In this document: positions 21,283-33,317 of the stretch, one piece after another
Layout: every line of letters begins with the position of its first letter
Position numbering within the stretch: the stretch's first letter is position 1
Assembly (NCBI GenBank): GCA_963705755.1
Contig: CAVPKZ010000085.1
Location: 2,191-66,190, forward strand
DNA from: an uncultured Acidobacteriota bacterium
GTDB lineage: Bacteria > Acidobacteriota > Terriglobia > Acidiferrales > UBA7541
Direction: 5' to 3'
DNA: 64,000 bases
The notes under the pieces: generated by a model
Told to the model about the DNA's origin: nothing
What the model saw: only the letters and a program-made list of their open reading frames with translations
Databases searched by the model: none
Program-made: the position numbers and the translations under genes

Positions 21283-22230
21283 CTAACTGAACAGCGTGTG
21301 CAGAATAGCTTTCTGCACGTACATGCGATTTTCGGATTGGTCCAGCACCACCGACTGCGGTCCATCAAGAACTTCTGATGTGACTTCGTGGTTGCGGTGC
21401 GCCGGAAGACAGTGCAGGAATAATGCGTCGGGCGCGGCCAGTGACATGAGCTCCGCGTTTACCTGATAAGCCCGAAACACGCTTTCCCGCACATTTCCTT
21501 CCGATTCAAAGCCCATACTGGTCCAGGCGTCGGTGTAAACACCCTGGGCGCCGGCGACCGCCTCGCGCGGGTCGGTGAACAATTCGATTTTCGCGCGCGT
21601 TTCTCGAGCCACCCGCTTCGCTTCCTGAATCACTTCGCGCGACGGAGTGTAACCCGCCGGAGTGGCAATGCGCAGATGAACTCCCAGCCGCGCGGCCAAA
21701 AATATCAACGAATTGCACACATTATTGCCGTCGCCGACATAAGCCAACTTGAAACCACGCAGCGATCCGGTCTTCTCTTCAATGGTCATGAAATCGGCCA
21801 GCGCTTGGCACGGATGATATTTATCGGAAAGCGCATTGATCACCGGAATTTCTGTATTGGCGGCCAGCTCTTCCAGCACGCGTTGCTCGTAAACGCGCGC
21901 CACTATCCCATGCACCCAGCGCTCCAGGTTACGCGCCACATCAGAAATGCATTCGCGTTCGCCGAGCCGCGCCTGGGTGTGATCCAGGAAGATCACCGAG
22001 CCGCCCATGCTCTGGATGCCCACTTCAAAAGTTACGCGCGTGCGTAGCGACGGCTTTTCAAAAATCAGTGCGATAAATTTGCCGTGCAGTATGGAGGCGT
22101 AACGGCCCGGATGCACCTTGATGTCTGAGGCCAGATGCAATAACTCGCGCGTCTGCGGCGGGCTCCATTCGGCTCCCGTGAGCAAGTCATGTGGCAATAA
22201 AATAGGTGCAGCTAACATCGTAGCGCTCAT
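21283..22230 (-). CDS. argF: Ornithine carbamoyltransferase
   Basis: FEKPSLRTR, HPCQALAD, FLHCLP. Confidence 0.95.
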   Translation of the reverse strand: MSATMLAAPILLPHDLLTGAEWSPPQTRELLHLASDIKVHPGRYASILHGKFIALIFEKPSLRTRVTFEVGIQSMGGSVIFLDHTQARLGERECISDVARNLERWVHGIVARVYEQRVLEELAANTEIPVINALSDKYHPCQALADFMTIEEKTGSLRGFKLAYVGDGNNVCNSLIFLAARLGVHLRIATPAGYTPSREVIQEAKRVARETRAKIELFTDPREAVAGAQGVYTDAWTSMGFESEGNVRESVFRAYQVNAELMSLAAPDALFLHCLPAHRNHEVTSEVLDGPQSVVLDQSENRMYVQKAILHTLFS

Positions 22231-22234
22231 AGTT

Positions 22235-23597
22235 TCACCTTGCGGTAGCGTATTTATTTGATGGTCTCGTAACAGCTGCAGTGGTTTCAGCCGCCGTGGG
22301 CTTTTCTGAAACGGCAGCTAATACGGCCCTAAACAATTTGAGGAAGTCGCGAATTTGCGCGCGCGTCACGATGAATGGCGGCAACAGACGCAGGATGTGA
22401 TCGTGTGTGCAGTTAATCAACAATCCACGCTTGGCGGCTTCCGCGACGAAAGGAGCGCCTTCTATAGAAAGGTGCACGCCCAGCATCAGCCCTTCAGCGC
22501 GCACTTCGCATATAAAATTAAATTTTGCGGCTAGCGCTTGCAAGCCGGCCTTCAATTCTTCCCCGCGGCTCCGAACGTTCTCTAATAATTTTTCATCTTC
22601 AATAATCCGCAGGCATTCCAGCGCCGCGGCGCAAACCAAAGGTCCGCCGCCGAAGGTAGTGCCATGGAGCCCCGGAGAAATATACGACGCCACTTTGTTG
22701 GTTGCCAAAATCGCGCCCAACGGCAGGCCCGCGGCCAACGGCTTGGCGATCACCGCGATGTCCGGTTTGGAAGCGAACCGCTGGTACGCGAAATAGCGTC
22801 CCGTGCGGCCCAGCCCGCATTGAATCTCGTCCGCGATCATAAGCGCGCCATGCTCCGTCGCCAGCGCCCGAGCGCGATTCCAGAATAATTCGCTGACAGG
22901 ATAAATCCCGCCTTCCCCTTGGACCGTCTCGAGCAAAATGCCACAAACGGAATCATCGAATTTCGCTTCCAGGTCGGCCACATCATTGAAGCGCACGAAT
23001 TCAACGCCGGGCACGACAGGCGCGAAGGGCAGGCGGTATTTCTCAGTGGCGGTAACGCTGATTGCGCCATACGTGCGCCCGTGAAATGAATTCTCGCAGC
23101 GCCAGAAAGCGATGCTTTCGCGAAGGCTGTCCTGCCGCGTCCTGAGGCGTTCGCGCGCATAACCGCGCCAGCTTCATGGCGCCGTCGATGGCCTCCGTGC
23201 CACTGTTGCAAAAAAATACGCGGTCGAGGCCCGACCACTCCGCAAGCTTGCGTGCCAGCGGACCTTGATAGGCGTTGTGATAGAGATTCGAAAAATGAAT
23301 GGCGCGCGCCGCTTCGCGACGAATCACCTTGACAATTCTAGGATGCGCGTGGCCCAAAGCGTTGACCGCGATCCCGCCAAGAAAATCGAGATATTTTTTC
23401 CCGGTCGCGTCAAATACATCGCAACCCTTGCCGCGTTCCAACACAAACGGCTGCCGCTTGTAGGTTGGCAGCAGAAATTTTCCCGCGTCTGTGACGCGCG
23501 AATCGTTCTTCGCACCAGCGAGGGTCTTCATTCTGCCGTGCTGCGAAAAGTGCGCGTTCAGCGGTCCCGCCGATTTTTTGGGAGCATTGCGCATCAC
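22235..23597 (-). CDS. argD: Acetylornithine aminotransferase (frameshift near 23090)
   Basis: YLDFLGGIAVNALGH, FCNSGTEA, DEIQCGLGRTG, HGTTFGG. Confidence 0.93.
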
Positions 23598-24454
23598 GCC
23601 GCCGATAGCGCGGTTTGCGCGGAATTACGCGGTTCACGGATAACCAACGTGCCGGGAACGCCCGGACCACTGGATACTTCCTGGCGGCCGTGATTTTCCG
23701 TTGAACGCGATGCCAACAGCAGCGCATCCGGCTCCGTGCCGCCCACGATGCGAACTTCGCGAACGCCGCCTTCGATCGCACGTTTAGCGGCTTCTAGCTT
23801 CAAAACCATGCCGCCTGAAACGACGCGGCACTGCACCAATCGCTCTATCTCTTCGCAACTGACCGCGGAGAGCACCCTCTCGCCATCCAGTACGCCGGCA
23901 ACATCCGTTAAATAAATCAATTGGTCGGCGCTGATAAATTCCGCGCAAGCCGCGGCCATATGATCGGCGTTGATGTTGTATAGCTCGTTGTTGGCACCCA
24001 AGCCAAGGCATGGCGCGACCGGCACCAGCCCATCGTTCCACAGCGATTCGATGAACTGCGTATTCATCCCCGTCAGATAACCGACGTAGCCCAGGCCGCC
24101 TTCCACTTCGTTATGCATCATGGGGTCGGCGGTAAAACACTGCGCATCCGCGGCGGAAATTCCCACGGCGGGCTGGCCCTCGGCTGAAATAGCGGCAGAA
24201 ACTTTTTTGTTCAGCAATCCCGCAAAAACCATGACCGCCACGTCGCGCGACTCGCGATCCGTAACTCGCAGCCCGCCGACGAATTTGCTCTCAATACCCA
24301 TGCGCTTCAGCGTCGCGGTAAAAAGGTGGCCGCCCCCATGGACCACGAGTATCTGATGCCCGTCTTTCGCCAGCGCCGCGACCTGGCTCGCCAGTGTACG
24401 CACCGTCTGGTCGTCTTCGAGTAATGCTCCGGCTAACTTGATCACGATTCTCAT
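23594..24454 (-). CDS. argB: Acetylglutamate kinase
   Basis: VIKLAG, VHGGG, GLRVTD, NINAD, GGMVLK. Confidence 0.93.
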   Translation of the reverse strand: MRIVIKLAGALLEDDQTVRTLASQVAALAKDGHQILVVHGGGHLFTATLKRMGIESKFVGGLRVTDRESRDVAVMVFAGLLNKKVSAAISAEGQPAVGISAADAQCFTADPMMHNEVEGGLGYVGYLTGMNTQFIESLWNDGLVPVAPCLGLGANNELYNINADHMAAACAEFISADQLIYLTDVAGVLDGERVLSAVSCEEIERLVQCRVVSGGMVLKLEAAKRAIEGGVREVRIVGGTEPDALLLASRSTENHGRQEVSSGPGVPGTLVIREPRNSAQTALSAA

Positions 24455-25480
24455 TGCAGTGCGGTGTGCTCCTCTATCCCCAGCATATGATTGAAATTTT
24501 GAACCGCCTGGCCCGCTGCGCCTTTGCCCAGATTGTCCAGGCAGGACACGATTACCAGCCGTCGCCCGCTTTTATCGAGCGCAAACCCGATGTCGCAGAA
24601 GTTTGTATGCGCCACGTGTTGCAATTCGGGCAGCGACCCGGCGCGCCATATGCGCACCATCGAGCGGCCGGCATAAAACTTGCGATACAGGGCCTCAACT
24701 CCTTCGCGGCTATGGCTCGCGTCCAGGGTTACGTAAATGGTCGACAGAATGCCGCGGCTGATCGGCAACAAGTGCGTCAAAACACCACTTGCGATTCATC
24801 CAGGCCGGTATGCTCTAGAATTTCCGGAGTGTGGCGGTGCGAAAAAAGATTGTAGGCTTTGAAATTCTCGTCTACCTCGACGAACTGCAAATCGCGCCGC
24901 AATTCCTTCCCTGCTCCGCTGGCCCCGGATTTGCAATCGCAAACGACGCTGCTTCCTGCCGCGATCCAATTGGCATCCATCAGCGGGCGCAGCGCCAGAA
25001 TCACGCTGGTTGCATAGCAACCGGGATTCGCCACGATGCGCGCATCCTTTATTTGCTGTTCGTAAATTTCCGGCACGCCATAAGCCGCTGCGCTCAGCAA
25101 CTCCTCAGGCGCGGCCGGCAATTTGTACCAATCCGAGAATGTTTCGGCCGAGCGGAAGCGAAACGCTGCGCTCAAATCCACCACCCGTAATCCCGCTTCG
25201 ACTAACCCCGGCACCAGCTCTGTCGAGACGTCATGGGGAGTTGCCAAAAAAGCCACACCTGCTTTGCTGGCCGCTATGGCATCCGCGGAGAAAGTTTGCA
25301 GCGGAGCGTCGCCGCGTCCGCGCAGTTGCGGGAAAAGTTCGTCCAAACACTTGGCGCCCTGGGTATCGCGCATATAGAACGTCGAAGCCTTTACGGCCGG
25401 ATGGCGCACCAATATCCGCGCGACTCAAAGCCGGTGTAGCCCGCGACGCCCACCACCGCGATGTGATCGAGATTTCTCAT
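24451..25480 (-). CDS. argC: N-acetyl-gamma-glutamyl-phosphate reductase (frameshifts)
   Basis: IAVVGVAGYTG from ATG 25480, ANPGCYAT, HRHTPEI, DNLGKGAAGQAVQN. Confidence 0.93.
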
Positions 25481-25925
25481 TTCATCAAAGCTTCGATGCG
25501 TCGTTGCAGCGATTCGCGGTCTTTTTATTTGGGGTAATGATCAGTACCGTATCGTCACCCGCGATCGTGCCGGCAATTTCCGGGAATTTGGCCCCGTCCA
25601 CCGCCGCAGCCAGTGGCTGCGCCCCGCTGGGCGGCGTTTTCAGCACCAGCAGATTTTCGGCTGGCCGGATATCCAGCAAGAATTCTCCCAACGCCCGGGC
25701 CAGCGGCCGTTCGGTCGCATGATCTTCGGGAAGCGCGGAAGCCGATTTGTAACCACGCTGCGTTTTGATTAGCCGAAGTTCTTGTATGTCGCGAGACAGC
25801 GTGGCTTGCGTCACGCGCAACCGTTGTGCCGCGAGACTCCGGCGCAAATCTTCCTGATTGGCGATGGAACCGTCGCTTACCAGCCGAAGAATTTGACCGT
25901 GACGGAATGTTTTGCCTGCGCTCAC
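25477..25925 (-). CDS. argR: Arginine repressor (frameshift near 3' end)
   Basis: VTQATLSRDI, GTIAGDDT; GTG 25925; stop overlaps the argC ATG. Confidence 0.93.
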
Positions 25926-25953
25926 CGGGCCCTCAAACACGAATATACAACCT

Positions 25954-25990
25954 ACTGTATTTTTATACAGTCGCTGGACGCGAGAGTCAA
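25954..25990 (-). promoter_or_regulatory. arg operon promoter with overlapping ARG box
   Basis: TTGACT-17-TATAAA; palindrome ACTGTATAAAAATACAGT (25954-25971) covers the -10. Confidence 0.82.
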
Positions 25991-26103
25991 CGCTTTTATG
26001 AAATTGTTTAGGGTGGTACTGTTCGAACGACGCGGGAGAGAACTGGTCCGCCGGGCAGTGGTGTAGCATTCGTCGCACTGTCCCGACGCACACTGGATTT
26101 TAC

Positions 26104-26496
26104 ATGCGTAGGATGTTACCTATCATAAACAGTATCTGGCGCGCTATGACCAACGCTTGCGAAATCACTGGCTGCAAAACGGAAGTTCCACCTGCTCTGC
26201 GCGAGGACCAAGTGTGCGTGCTGCATTTTACTTTGTCGCTGGAAAATAGTTGCGCAGGCATGCGCCGCGAAACGGCATTAGGCAATGCGCCACACGAACG
26301 CCAGCGTGAAATCATGAAATTCATCGCCGAACATGGCGAGCGCCTGGCCCGCGTGGCCACCAGCGGTTTGCCGCTTACCGACGATCTGAAAGCCCGCATC
26401 CTTAGCACTTTCCTAACGCTCATGAACCTGCGCGAGAATCTCGATCGCTCCAACATGCGCAGTTCGTTCGGGCGCACCAGCCAATTGTTGCGTTAG
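26104..26496 (+). CDS. Hypothetical protein with putative C-x4-C-x13-C-x2-H metal-binding motif (start may be 26146)
   Basis: Coding-like ORF divergent from argR; CEITGC...CVLH. Confidence 0.6.
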   Translation: MRRMLPIINSIWRAMTNACEITGCKTEVPPALREDQVCVLHFTLSLENSCAGMRRETALGNAPHERQREIMKFIAEHGERLARVATSGLPLTDDLKARILSTFLTLMNLRENLDRSNMRSSFGRTSQLLR

Positions 26497-26629
26497 TTCT
26501 TCGCGCTGCGGGCGTTGCATTTTGTTTACATTTTGGCGGCTTGACGCGATCGGTACCGCGAGAGACCATATCTTCAGCTTCGGAGCGCTGCCAATCTTGA
26601 AGTTGCAGCGCGCCCAGCAGGGGCAATCC

Positions 26630-28242
26630 ATGACTCTCCGTACTTTCTTCCGTATCTCTTCCATTGTGACCGTCGCTGTTTTCGGTGTTGGGCTTCATCC
26701 TGTTTATACCGCAGCCAGCCACGCACGAATCATTAGACTGAGCCTGGTGCAGGGCGATGTGCGAATTCTCCACGACTCCAAGGGCGATCCACTGGCCAAC
26801 GATAAGGCTCCTTGGGAACGAGCCGTGTTAAATCTCCCCATTCGCCAGCACGATGTTTTGGCTACCGATAATGGCCGCGCTGAAGTGAATTCGAAAATGG
26901 CGCGATGGCTTTCATAAACGAACATTCGGTGCTCGAATTTTTCGACTTGTCTCTCGACGACGGTTCTCTCACCACTCGGCTTATTCTTCGTCAAGGCACC
27001 GGTTCTTTTTATGTGAACCCGACGCGTGATGATTATTTCAGCGTTACTGGCGCTGATTTCACCGCGGAAGCGGCGGGGCGCGCAAATTTCCGCATGGACA
27101 ACTTCGATGACGGCAGCACAGTGGCAGTCATCAAGGGCCAAGTGTCGGTAGTGCACAAGAACGACAACAAACTTCTAGTGAAGGGCCAATCGTTTACCAG
27201 TTCCGCGGGCGCCACCACCGGCACCGTCAACAGCGTTCCACAAGGTGACGATTTTGATCACTGGGTCTCGGGGCGGGAAGACAGCGTAGTCACCGCCACC
27301 AACGCGGCGATGCAATATTCCAATACCTCTTCATACGTTTCCGGTTTTGGCGATCTGTACACCTACGGCGGTTTTTATCCCATCGGGGGGCTGGGCTACG
27401 GATGGCAGCCTTATGGAGTTGGCGTTGGCTGGTCACCGTTCGATTACGGAAACTGGTTTTATGGATCGCAATTTGGTTGGTCCTTCATTGGAAGTCAGCC
27501 GTGGGGATGGCTGCCTTACCACTATGGTGGTTGGCTTTTCCAACCTGGGATCGGTTGGCTATGGACCCCGACGGGATTCGGCAATGGCAGCGTGCCTGTT
27601 AAATTCCATCCGGTTACTGCGACGTTTGTGCGTTCGGGTAGCAGCGTAGCAATGGTCCCCACGAATCCGCTAGATCGCGGCAGCAAGACGCCGCTGAATC
27701 TGGCACACGTTATGCCGCTAACGCCTGCTGCCGGTGTGCCGCAGACTTCAACTGGCGCTAATTGGAAAGTTGTAAAAGAAGTTCCGGCTGAGACTTTCGT
27801 TTCGCACGCAAGTCCGGCAAGTGTTCCTGCTCGCAGCACCCGCACTCTCAGTTCAGTTGGTGCTGCTATGCAGTCCAGTTCAACCATCGCCTACGACGCT
27901 AAAGAGCATCGCTTTGTGAATAGCAACGTGAATGCAAAGTCGGCGGCCGTTACTTCGTCAGCGACCGGTGCGTCCGTTACGACTTCGTCGCCAGCGACGG
28001 CAAGAGCCTCATCCACCACATCGCTCGCTCGCGCTACAACTATAGAAAGCCAAGTACGGACGATGCCCTCGGCCTCAGCGCGCGTAGCATCTCCGCCTCC
28101 CGCTCCACGATCCTATGGAGGTACTCGCGGAGGGGCTTTTGAATCCGGCTCCGCTGGACGGGGCACAAGCTCGGTAACGTCGACTCGTTCACTGTCAACC
28201 GGTTCCCGCGGCGCCTCCATGTCTGGCGGCGGCCGTCACTAG
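26630..28242 (+). CDS. Secreted FecR-like + DUF6600-type protein with Ser/Thr/Gly-rich tail (frameshift near 26888)
   Basis: ARIIRLSLVQGDV, NLPI, DDFDHW, W.P...G.W....GW, PWGWLPYHYGGW. Confidence 0.8.
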
Positions 28243-28261
28243 TTTGGCGAAATAACTAAGC

Positions 28262-28295
28262 AAAAGACGGCGGGATTTTCGGCCGTCTTTTTTTG
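28262..28295. terminator. Bidirectional terminator
   Basis: AAAAGACGGC...GCCGTCTTTTTTT between convergent genes. Confidence 0.85.
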
Positions 28296-28312
28296 TCTTG
28301 TCCCGCTGTGAA

Positions 28313-29122
28313 TCACCAGAAAACCATTCCCGCATATCCCACCACAGCCGATGGATCTCCCGACCGGTCGGCTGACGTAGCGTAGCGAATCAATTCGGCG
28401 TTGCTGGCTTTCAAAACCTGTAATGCCGTGAGCATTGCGACCGCCGGGCCCAATCCGCACATGGAAATTTCTTCCCTCCGGCAGACATCGTATAAGCCAC
28501 GCGCATCCATGCTCAACAATTGTTCAATGGCCTTGCGGTCTTTCACGCGCGTTGTAGCGTCATCCTCGTAATGATTCAGGTCCGAGCTGGTTACTAACAA
28601 AATTTCCTGTTTTTCCGCTGCGAGCACGCCGCCAATTGCTTTTCCGACAGTTACCAAAGTTTCAAAATGCGCGGTTCCCAGTGCGATTGGCACGAAACGA
28701 AAATCCGGATTGACCACCTGAAGGAACGGAATCTCGACTTCCAAAGAATGTTCTTTGCTGTGGGCGACGGCATCTTCCGTTAGCAGCGGGCACGCTGCTT
28801 TGAGCTTCTCAGCTAACTCATGATCGATTTGCGCGTCACCTAACGGGGTACGCCATGTGCCATCCGAAATAATAGCGGCGGGCGAACCCGGCGGGTGATG
28901 CCTGACTCCCAGTACCACAACTTTTTTCGGTATGCGGATGCTAGAAAAAACGGCGCCCGCGACGTGCCCGGAAAACACTAAACCCGCGTGCGGAACGAGG
29001 CAGGACTTTACGTTGCGCACCGGAGGCCCATCCGTTGGGGTGGTGTACTCGTGAATCTGAGCGGACAATTCAGCGGGATCGGAAGGATAAAAACGGCCGG
29101 CAACGGCGGGAAGACGAACCAT
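28313..29122 (-). CDS. amrB: AmmeMemoRadiSam system protein B (MEMO1 family)
   Basis: RLPAVAGRFYP, VPHAG, EHSLEV..PF, SSDLNHY, MCG, VVGYAG. Confidence 0.93.
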   Translation of the reverse strand: MVRLPAVAGRFYPSDPAELSAQIHEYTTPTDGPPVRNVKSCLVPHAGLVFSGHVAGAVFSSIRIPKKVVVLGVRHHPPGSPAAIISDGTWRTPLGDAQIDHELAEKLKAACPLLTEDAVAHSKEHSLEVEIPFLQVVNPDFRFVPIALGTAHFETLVTVGKAIGGVLAAEKQEILLVTSSDLNHYEDDATTRVKDRKAIEQLLSMDARGLYDVCRREEISMCGLGPAVAMLTALQVLKASNAELIRYATSADRSGDPSAVVGYAGMVFW

Positions 29123-29134
29123 CTGCTTTGCGAA

Positions 29135-29533
29135 TTAAAGGGCCTTGGAAGGTTTCCCTTTGAGCTTGATCACTTGCAGGCTGGCGGGATCGTACAACAG
29201 CGTTATTTTGTCGCCGTATTGATATCCGCCCTTATCGACAATTGCCTGCATCTTGGCGGCGGCTTGCGGGGAGAGAGCAAAAGTCTGTATCGCCATATCA
29301 TTGCCCTTGGCGCGCACAGTGATCTGCGCGACATTCGCATTCATGACGTAGCCTTCAAATTTGCTTAATCCCGTTGGTTTGGGTTTTACCGCGTTCACCA
29401 CGATCGGTACGGCGGTATCCAATATCACAGGCACAACCGTCGCGGGGCTCTGCGCCTGAGAGCGCGGGCACATTACCATCGCGGCGAACGCGAGTGGCAA
29501 TGCGAATCCGGCCAATTTAGTCAAACTCTTCAT
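29135..29533 (-). CDS. Secreted hypothetical protein
   Basis: Signal peptide ending AQA-like; operonic overlap with the upstream gene. Confidence 0.65.
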   Translation of the reverse strand: MKSLTKLAGFALPLAFAAMVMCPRSQAQSPATVVPVILDTAVPIVVNAVKPKPTGLSKFEGYVMNANVAQITVRAKGNDMAIQTFALSPQAAAKMQAIVDKGGYQYGDKITLLYDPASLQVIKLKGKPSKAL

Positions 29534-29892
29534 TCCATTTCATCCGTGGCGATCCGCAAAGACTTCAGGAAGCGCACATCCTGCTGGGTCATCGATAGCC
29601 GCGCGGGAATCTTCTTGTTCCCTTCGCCTTCTTCCATGAACGAATCCTGATCCACCTGAATGCGCAGCGATTCCAGGAACCGGCGATCCTGAGTGGTCAA
29701 CGACGTCGTCTCCCCAGACGCGGCATCGCGCTTGGCCAAGCCGATGGTGGCATCCAGCTTCAAGACGATGTCATAGCCGTGCGCGCGCACTCCTGCAATC
29801 GCGCCGGTAATGCGGTCAGAGTCGGACACCGTGTCGTTGATCGCGTGTCCCAGTTCGCGGAGCAAGTTCTTCAGGTGATCGTCTAGTTGCAA
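29530..29892 (-). CDS. Conserved hypothetical protein with duplicated QDxRFLxSLRI motif
   Basis: SD GGGAG and TTG start; LTTQDRRFLESLRI / MTQQDVRFLKSLRI. Confidence 0.7.
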   Translation of the reverse strand: MQLDDHLKNLLRELGHAINDTVSDSDRITGAIAGVRAHGYDIVLKLDATIGLAKRDAASGETTSLTTQDRRFLESLRIQVDQDSFMEEGEGNKKIPARLSMTQQDVRFLKSLRIATDEME

Positions 29893-30080
29893 GGAGGTTC
29901 TCCCCTACTCTTCGGCCATTTTAGGCCCACGTTAAGTTGGATACAAGTCAGCTTCAACCTGTTGTCTCCAATCCGTTCACAGGTCTTCGGGGCAGTTTCG
30001 GGGGCGGTATTACGGTACCTTTAACCGCCAGTACCCACAGGACCACATGGGGCCAATGCCTTTTACGCTAAGATACCAGC

Positions 30081-30367
30081 ATGTCTTCCGCGGCAAGCTT
30101 GCCAGGTGCAGGAGTCAAACGCGGCGGCTTCAGCCGCTTGTGGCGCACGCTCAAGCAGCTTTTCCATGAAGTTGTGGGCGCAATTTTCGCGGTCCTGGCA
30201 TTCGCCTGGATGAACGCCGCGGTTCGCGCCTGGTCCCGTGACGCTGCGTATTGGCTGGTAGCCATTGCGGCATTGGTTGGCGGCTATTTTTGTTTTTCGC
30301 GTTTACCTCGTTTCAGCGGGCGCGAAAAATTTCAGCGGCCCGCAAGGAATCAGTACGGAATCGATGA
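30081..30367 (+). CDS. Small membrane hypothetical protein (frameshifted)
   Basis: Two hydrophobic helices; TAAGAT -10-like box just before ATG. Confidence 0.5.
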
Positions 30368-30370
30368 TTT

Positions 30371-32025
<1,655 letters not shown>

Positions 32026-32033
32026 TTCTCACC

Positions 32034-32620
32034 ATGAAACTAATCCTGGCTTCCTCCTCGCCGCGTCGCGCTGAAATTTTGCGAGACGCGGGCATGAGCT
32101 TTACGGTCATGTCTTCGGCAGCAGACGAAACGCCGATCCCGGGCGAATCGCCAAATGAGTACGTTCATCGGCTGGCGTGCGCAAAAGCGGAACTGGTCGC
32201 CGCACGCTCGGTAGGTCCTGCGATTATTATCGGCGATGACACGGTAGTGGTGCTGGATGGCCAAATCATCGGCAAGCCGCGTTCCGCGGAGGGACGCACA
32301 CGGGAACGCTGCAGTTGCTCTCCGGCCGCACCCACTCGGTAGTGACAGGCGTCATGCTGATTCGTCTTCCCGATGCCGAGCGGCGCGGTTTTATGGAAAC
32401 CACGCAGGTCCAGTTTTCCGCGATTTCGCCGGAGGAAATTTCGCGCTACCTGGCCACCGATGAGCCTTACGACAAGGCAGGCGCTTACGCCATCCAAGGC
32501 CGGGCCGGACGATATATCGCACGTATCGGAGGCTGCTACTTCAACGTGGTGGGCATGCCGCTGGCGCGCTTGTGGCAAGAACTCACGGCGCTGGGCTGGT
32601 CAGATGAATTTCTTGATTAA
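32034..32620 (+). CDS. maf: Maf family nucleoside triphosphate pyrophosphatase (frameshift near 32295)
   Basis: LILASSSPRR, DKAGAYAIQG, NVVGMP. Confidence 0.92.
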
Positions 32621-32759
32621 GACGAGCGGCGATCCTGAAGCTCAAGCCTTCCTGAGGGCGTACATCATTCGAACGGCATGTCGACGCCGACAATTGCGCG
32701 TGCTGAAAGAAACCGTGTTCCAAATCGAATGAAAGCGTCTTATTCGGCTAACGAAATGT

Positions 32760-32851
32760 CGTTTCACGTGAAACCATGTGGCCAAAATGTTGTTTCACGT
32801 GGAACAGATTGTGTTTGATCGTCCAACGAAAATGTTGTTTCACGTGAAACA
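32760..32851. promoter_or_regulatory. parS: Cluster of three parS centromere sites
   Basis: CGTTTCACGTGAAACC (32760), TGTTTCACGTGGAACA (32791), TGTTTCACGTGAAACA (32836); canonical parS consensus. Confidence 0.92.
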
Positions 32852-32945
32852 GAATGCGTTCGAACGTGAGTGGTGTTCGAACGCGCAACTGGTTCAAACG
32901 GTCATTGAGCATTCGAATGGCGCAGCCTGTTTAGCTCGCAAAACA

Positions 32946-32975
32946 AAAAGGCGGCTTATTTGGCCGCCCTTTTAA
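32946..32975 (-). terminator. Terminator after tatA, bidirectional shape
   Basis: AAAAGGCGGC-TTATTTG-GCCGCCCTTTT. Confidence 0.75.
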
Positions 32976-33021
32976 ACGAAAATTTTCTGTTCTTGCGGTT
33001 TAGTCGACGCAAGACGTAGAC

Positions 33022-33252
33022 TTATCCGAGTTTTTTCTCTTCGGCCGGTTTCTCGGTCGGGATCGCTCGGTAGCGCCGGCGGCGTCGGCGGAATCACGGT
33101 CTGCGACTTGAGTCTGATTGTTCTCCGTGCATGCCTTCCTTGAAACCTCGAACGCCTTCGCCCATGCCCCGCATCAATTCAGGAATCTTACGCCCACCAA
33201 AGAGAACCAGGATCACCACCAGGATAATCAGCCAGTGCATCGGAAATTCCAT
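33022..33252 (-). CDS. tatA: Twin-arginine translocase TatA/E (frameshift in tail; absent from ORF track)
   Basis: MEFPMHWLIILVVILVLFGGRKIPELMRGMGEGVRGFKEG. Confidence 0.9.
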
Positions 33253-33317
33253 AATCGCCTTCACCGCTACGACAAATAATCGTCGAAAAGCCCCGCCAAA
33301 GCACAGCTAACCGGAAC

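Noticed and set aside
32754-32919. CRISPR-like repeat-spacer array
   Set aside because: The repeats are canonical parS palindromes with short irregular spacers, and there are no cas genes
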